This document shows, one piece after another, positions 1 to 64,000 of a stretch of 64,000 nucleotides of DNA. Origin of the DNA: Octopus sinensis. Taxonomy: Eukaryota. The position numbers and the translations under genes are program-made. The notes under the pieces are model-generated. The model did not search any database, was not told the DNA's origin, and worked only from the letters and a program-made list of their open reading frames with translations. Each line of letters begins with the position of its first letter. The first letter of the stretch is position 1. The stretch covers positions 108,686,001 to 108,750,000 of the forward strand of contig NC_043002.1 of assembly GCF_006345805.1 (NCBI RefSeq), given 5' to 3'.

Positions 1-1406
1 CATCAGAACTGCCATCTCACTCCTTCACATGCCTTGACCAATGTCCAATGCACAGCTAATTAATTAGTTTGTATGCATAGCTGATTAATTAGTTTGCACA
101 CGCTCAATCCTTCAAACTCAAGATTACTTAATGAGAATCATAAAGAAACACTCAACACATTGACATGCACAGACGTGTAAGAAAGATTCAGGAGTCAAAA
201 GACAGCAACAGTTACAAAATATGACTGAGGCTTATAAGCTGAATAAGTAAAGAGATGTGTGGACATCCAACTGTTGATTATTGGAAACAAAACATATAAT
301 TGGCAGAAACATATCAATCAGAAAAGATTAAAGACATGCAAAGATAATATTGAGTCAAATAATTATGTCAAACCTGAAGCAGCTGAAATAAGACAGAAAC
401 GGAAAATTTATACCAGAGAGAAATACTTGAAAAAAATGTTCTACTTTCTTTCTAAAATAGAAGATATTCTTAAATAACGGTTTTCTTTGCAATTTTTTTT
501 TTTTGGTGTATTTTAAGAAAAAATATTTATCAGAATACTACATTTGAAAACAGTGTTCCAACTGGCCACAGACCAATGAATACAGAATAATTATATTTAC
601 AGAAAAACTGAATTAAATAACACTGAAAGATGTTGAATCCTTAATTCTGGTCTCAGATTTACAGGAAATGGAGGAAATGTTAAGGTGAATCCAAAAGTTT
701 GGTTCATAAAACTTTTTACATGATAAAAAAAAAGACAAATAGAATAACTATTATTACACAAAAGAACATTTATATATTCGTTTTGCTAAGGAATTAAGGC
801 TAATCTACAATACTAATGAAGCATAGAAACTATGACAAAGAATGAAATGCTTAATCAGCAAATGGCTAGCAATAATTGCAGAAGAGAAGAAGAAAAGACT
901 GGACACTACGGCGCCAATTATCTAAAGCAAAGGCAAAAATATATTTGTACAGCATATATGCTTTCGTTAATGTTGGAAATACGACTATAGTTTTTTTTAA
1001 AAATTGATGTGAAATCTCCATAAACCTGATGGCCATTGATAAAATGATGAAAGACAGTTTTTTTACACCAAACTTGAAATTTTCAATAGTCCTATTTTCA
1101 ACATGATTATATCTCTGTATACAAGAGGGCGTGCATGTGCATGCAGATCTATATACTCTAATTAGAAATTAATTTGACTTATATGAATTCAATAGCTAGT
1201 TTTCTAAGTTTTATTCTTTAAAAAGAGAAAGAAAAGAAAAAGTAAACAGCTCTGTTGACTTATTGTTATTTTACATACATAAATAAGAATAATTCAAAAT
1301 GTCATTCATATAAAAATGAATGGAGAATCAGAAAAAAAAACTGAAAAAAAAACAAAACTATTGTCTTTGTTAGAAGAGTTTGCCAAAAGCATTGGTACTA
1401 ACTTAC

Positions 1407-62511
<61,105 letters not shown>

Positions 62512-63865
62512 CTAGAAATGGATAGCAAGATAGGTATGTAGATATAATTCACATACATATATATATATGCACGTCCTGCATGTGCATATATGTACGTGTA
62601 TGTATTTGTGTGCATGTGTGCATATAGGATAGACTGAGGATATGAATGAAGGTGTGTGTGTGGGGGTGGGGGTTGGACATCAGAAAGTTCATATGTGAAA
62701 CTTTATTCCGTACTTCCTTTCTTTAACCAAACATACCTGAAATAAAAGTTGTAAGCAATCTACAATGCTGGCATGGGTTGAATGGTTTGGCCTGAGCTGG
62801 CCAGTCGGAGAGCTTCACTAGGTTCCAATTGTCTGTTTTGTCTTGGTTTCTATGGCTACATGCCCTTTCTAATGCCAGCTGTCTTATAGAGTGTACTGGG
62901 TACTTTTTATGTGGTACACTCACACACAGACATACACTGAACAAAAATAATTAATTATAGTGCTGTGATCAATCCATGATACAACACAAAGTTGCAACGT
63001 TGTAGAGCCTTACTGTGAGTTAAATAAGAATGTCACTTTGAAAACTATATATTTTGAATGGGAGTTTGGCAGCGCCACCTCTAACCGAGCAATTATTCTG
63101 TGCTGATGGAAGAGAAATAACCCAGAGATCTCGATACACAGATATTGTTTTGAGGTGAGTGGTGGTGCTAGATTCCCTTGTTCAAAAATATAAGGACACA
63201 GATTGTGTTGTATAGCCAGCTGGAGACGATGTCTCCTGCAACTAAATTACAGCAACAGTCACTGAATATCTCTCGTTGTGAGATTTAAAAATAGTAATTT
63301 TCTAAGAATGTAAACATTTCTTGTGTTGATATATGGAAATAAAGGGGGGAAAGGAGCCTCTGGATGGATTGTTCCATGTTTCATTGATCATTCCTTAGAT
63401 ACATACATATATACAAATACACATATGCACATAGAAAAGGACTTTCTGTCATTCCACACTGGTTGAGAGGCAGTTGTAATATATAAGAGATGGTTGGGAT
63501 AACTGAACAGAACATGCAATAATGGAATAAAGGGAATAAATATGTTGTGAAGAGAGAGAGTGTGAATGCATGTGTGTATATATGAGTGAATATGTATATA
63601 AATGAGACATTGTATGTATGTGTGGGTTTTGAAGGAGATGGAAAAGTGAGAGCTGCGAGTAGTTCTGTGAGGATGATTTTTTTTTCACTAAGAAATGTAG
63701 AACTTGGCTGAAGAAAAAAAGAGATGGTGCATTATTAGTTTGATAACATAGATTATAGTTCAAAGAGACATTATGGCAATACAAGTGATGGTTTGTGAGA
63801 TATATTAATCGCACAATCATTGATTAGTCACAGCAAAAAAATTAAAAATTAAAAAAACAAACACT

Positions 63866-64000
63866 GGTTGGTCAGATATGGTCACATAACAGACATTCGT
63901 TGGTCAGACAGTGACAAAATAGACATTAGTTGGTCAGATATGGTGACATAACAGACATTCCTTGGTAGACACTGTGACACAATAGACATTGGTTGGTCAG
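63866..64000. repeat. Minisatellite, ~31-bp units in ~62-bp pairs, running off the window end
   Basis: TTGGTCAGA..TGACA..A(C/T)AGACATT repeated more than 4 times. Confidence 0.75.

Overview
AT-rich, repeat-dense animal genomic DNA, not prokaryotic. The repeat landscape looks like a coleoid cephalopod (Octopus-like); this is inferred and was not checked against a database. One large gene spans the window on the minus strand: PI4KA (phosphatidylinositol 4-kinase III alpha). I traced 30 internal coding exons by hand from 62511 down to 1407. All have GT-AG boundaries and compatible phases, and together give 3885 nt (about 1294 codons) that match my recollection of vertebrate PI4KA from 'LPVAESFSFCL' to 'DKKYL'. 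The first exons and the kinase-domain exons lie outside the window. The introns contain several tRNA-derived SINE families, many 5'-truncated RTE LINE 3' ends with a ~66-bp VNTR in the UTR, CR1, RTE and R4/NeSL-type LINE fragments, TTAA-flanked piggyBac-like MITEs, TA-flanked foldback elements, two Helitron-like copies, Penelope-like ends with hammerhead-ribozyme-like cores, and microsatellites. The best leads are: (1) a frame-preserving 108-nt candidate cassette exon with a GC donor at 43810-43917; (2) a composite tRNA-head/(AAT)n/Penelope-hammerhead-tail element arranged in inverted orientation around a PI4KA exon; (3) a minimal hammerhead with an intact core on the sense strand at ~5200; (4) a 167-bp higher-order tandem array derived from an RTE 3' UTR; (5) an unexplained GC/CpG-rich island at ~32.1 kb. 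Exon coordinates are exact by hand count. Repeat boundaries are approximate unless a TSD or terminus is quoted.
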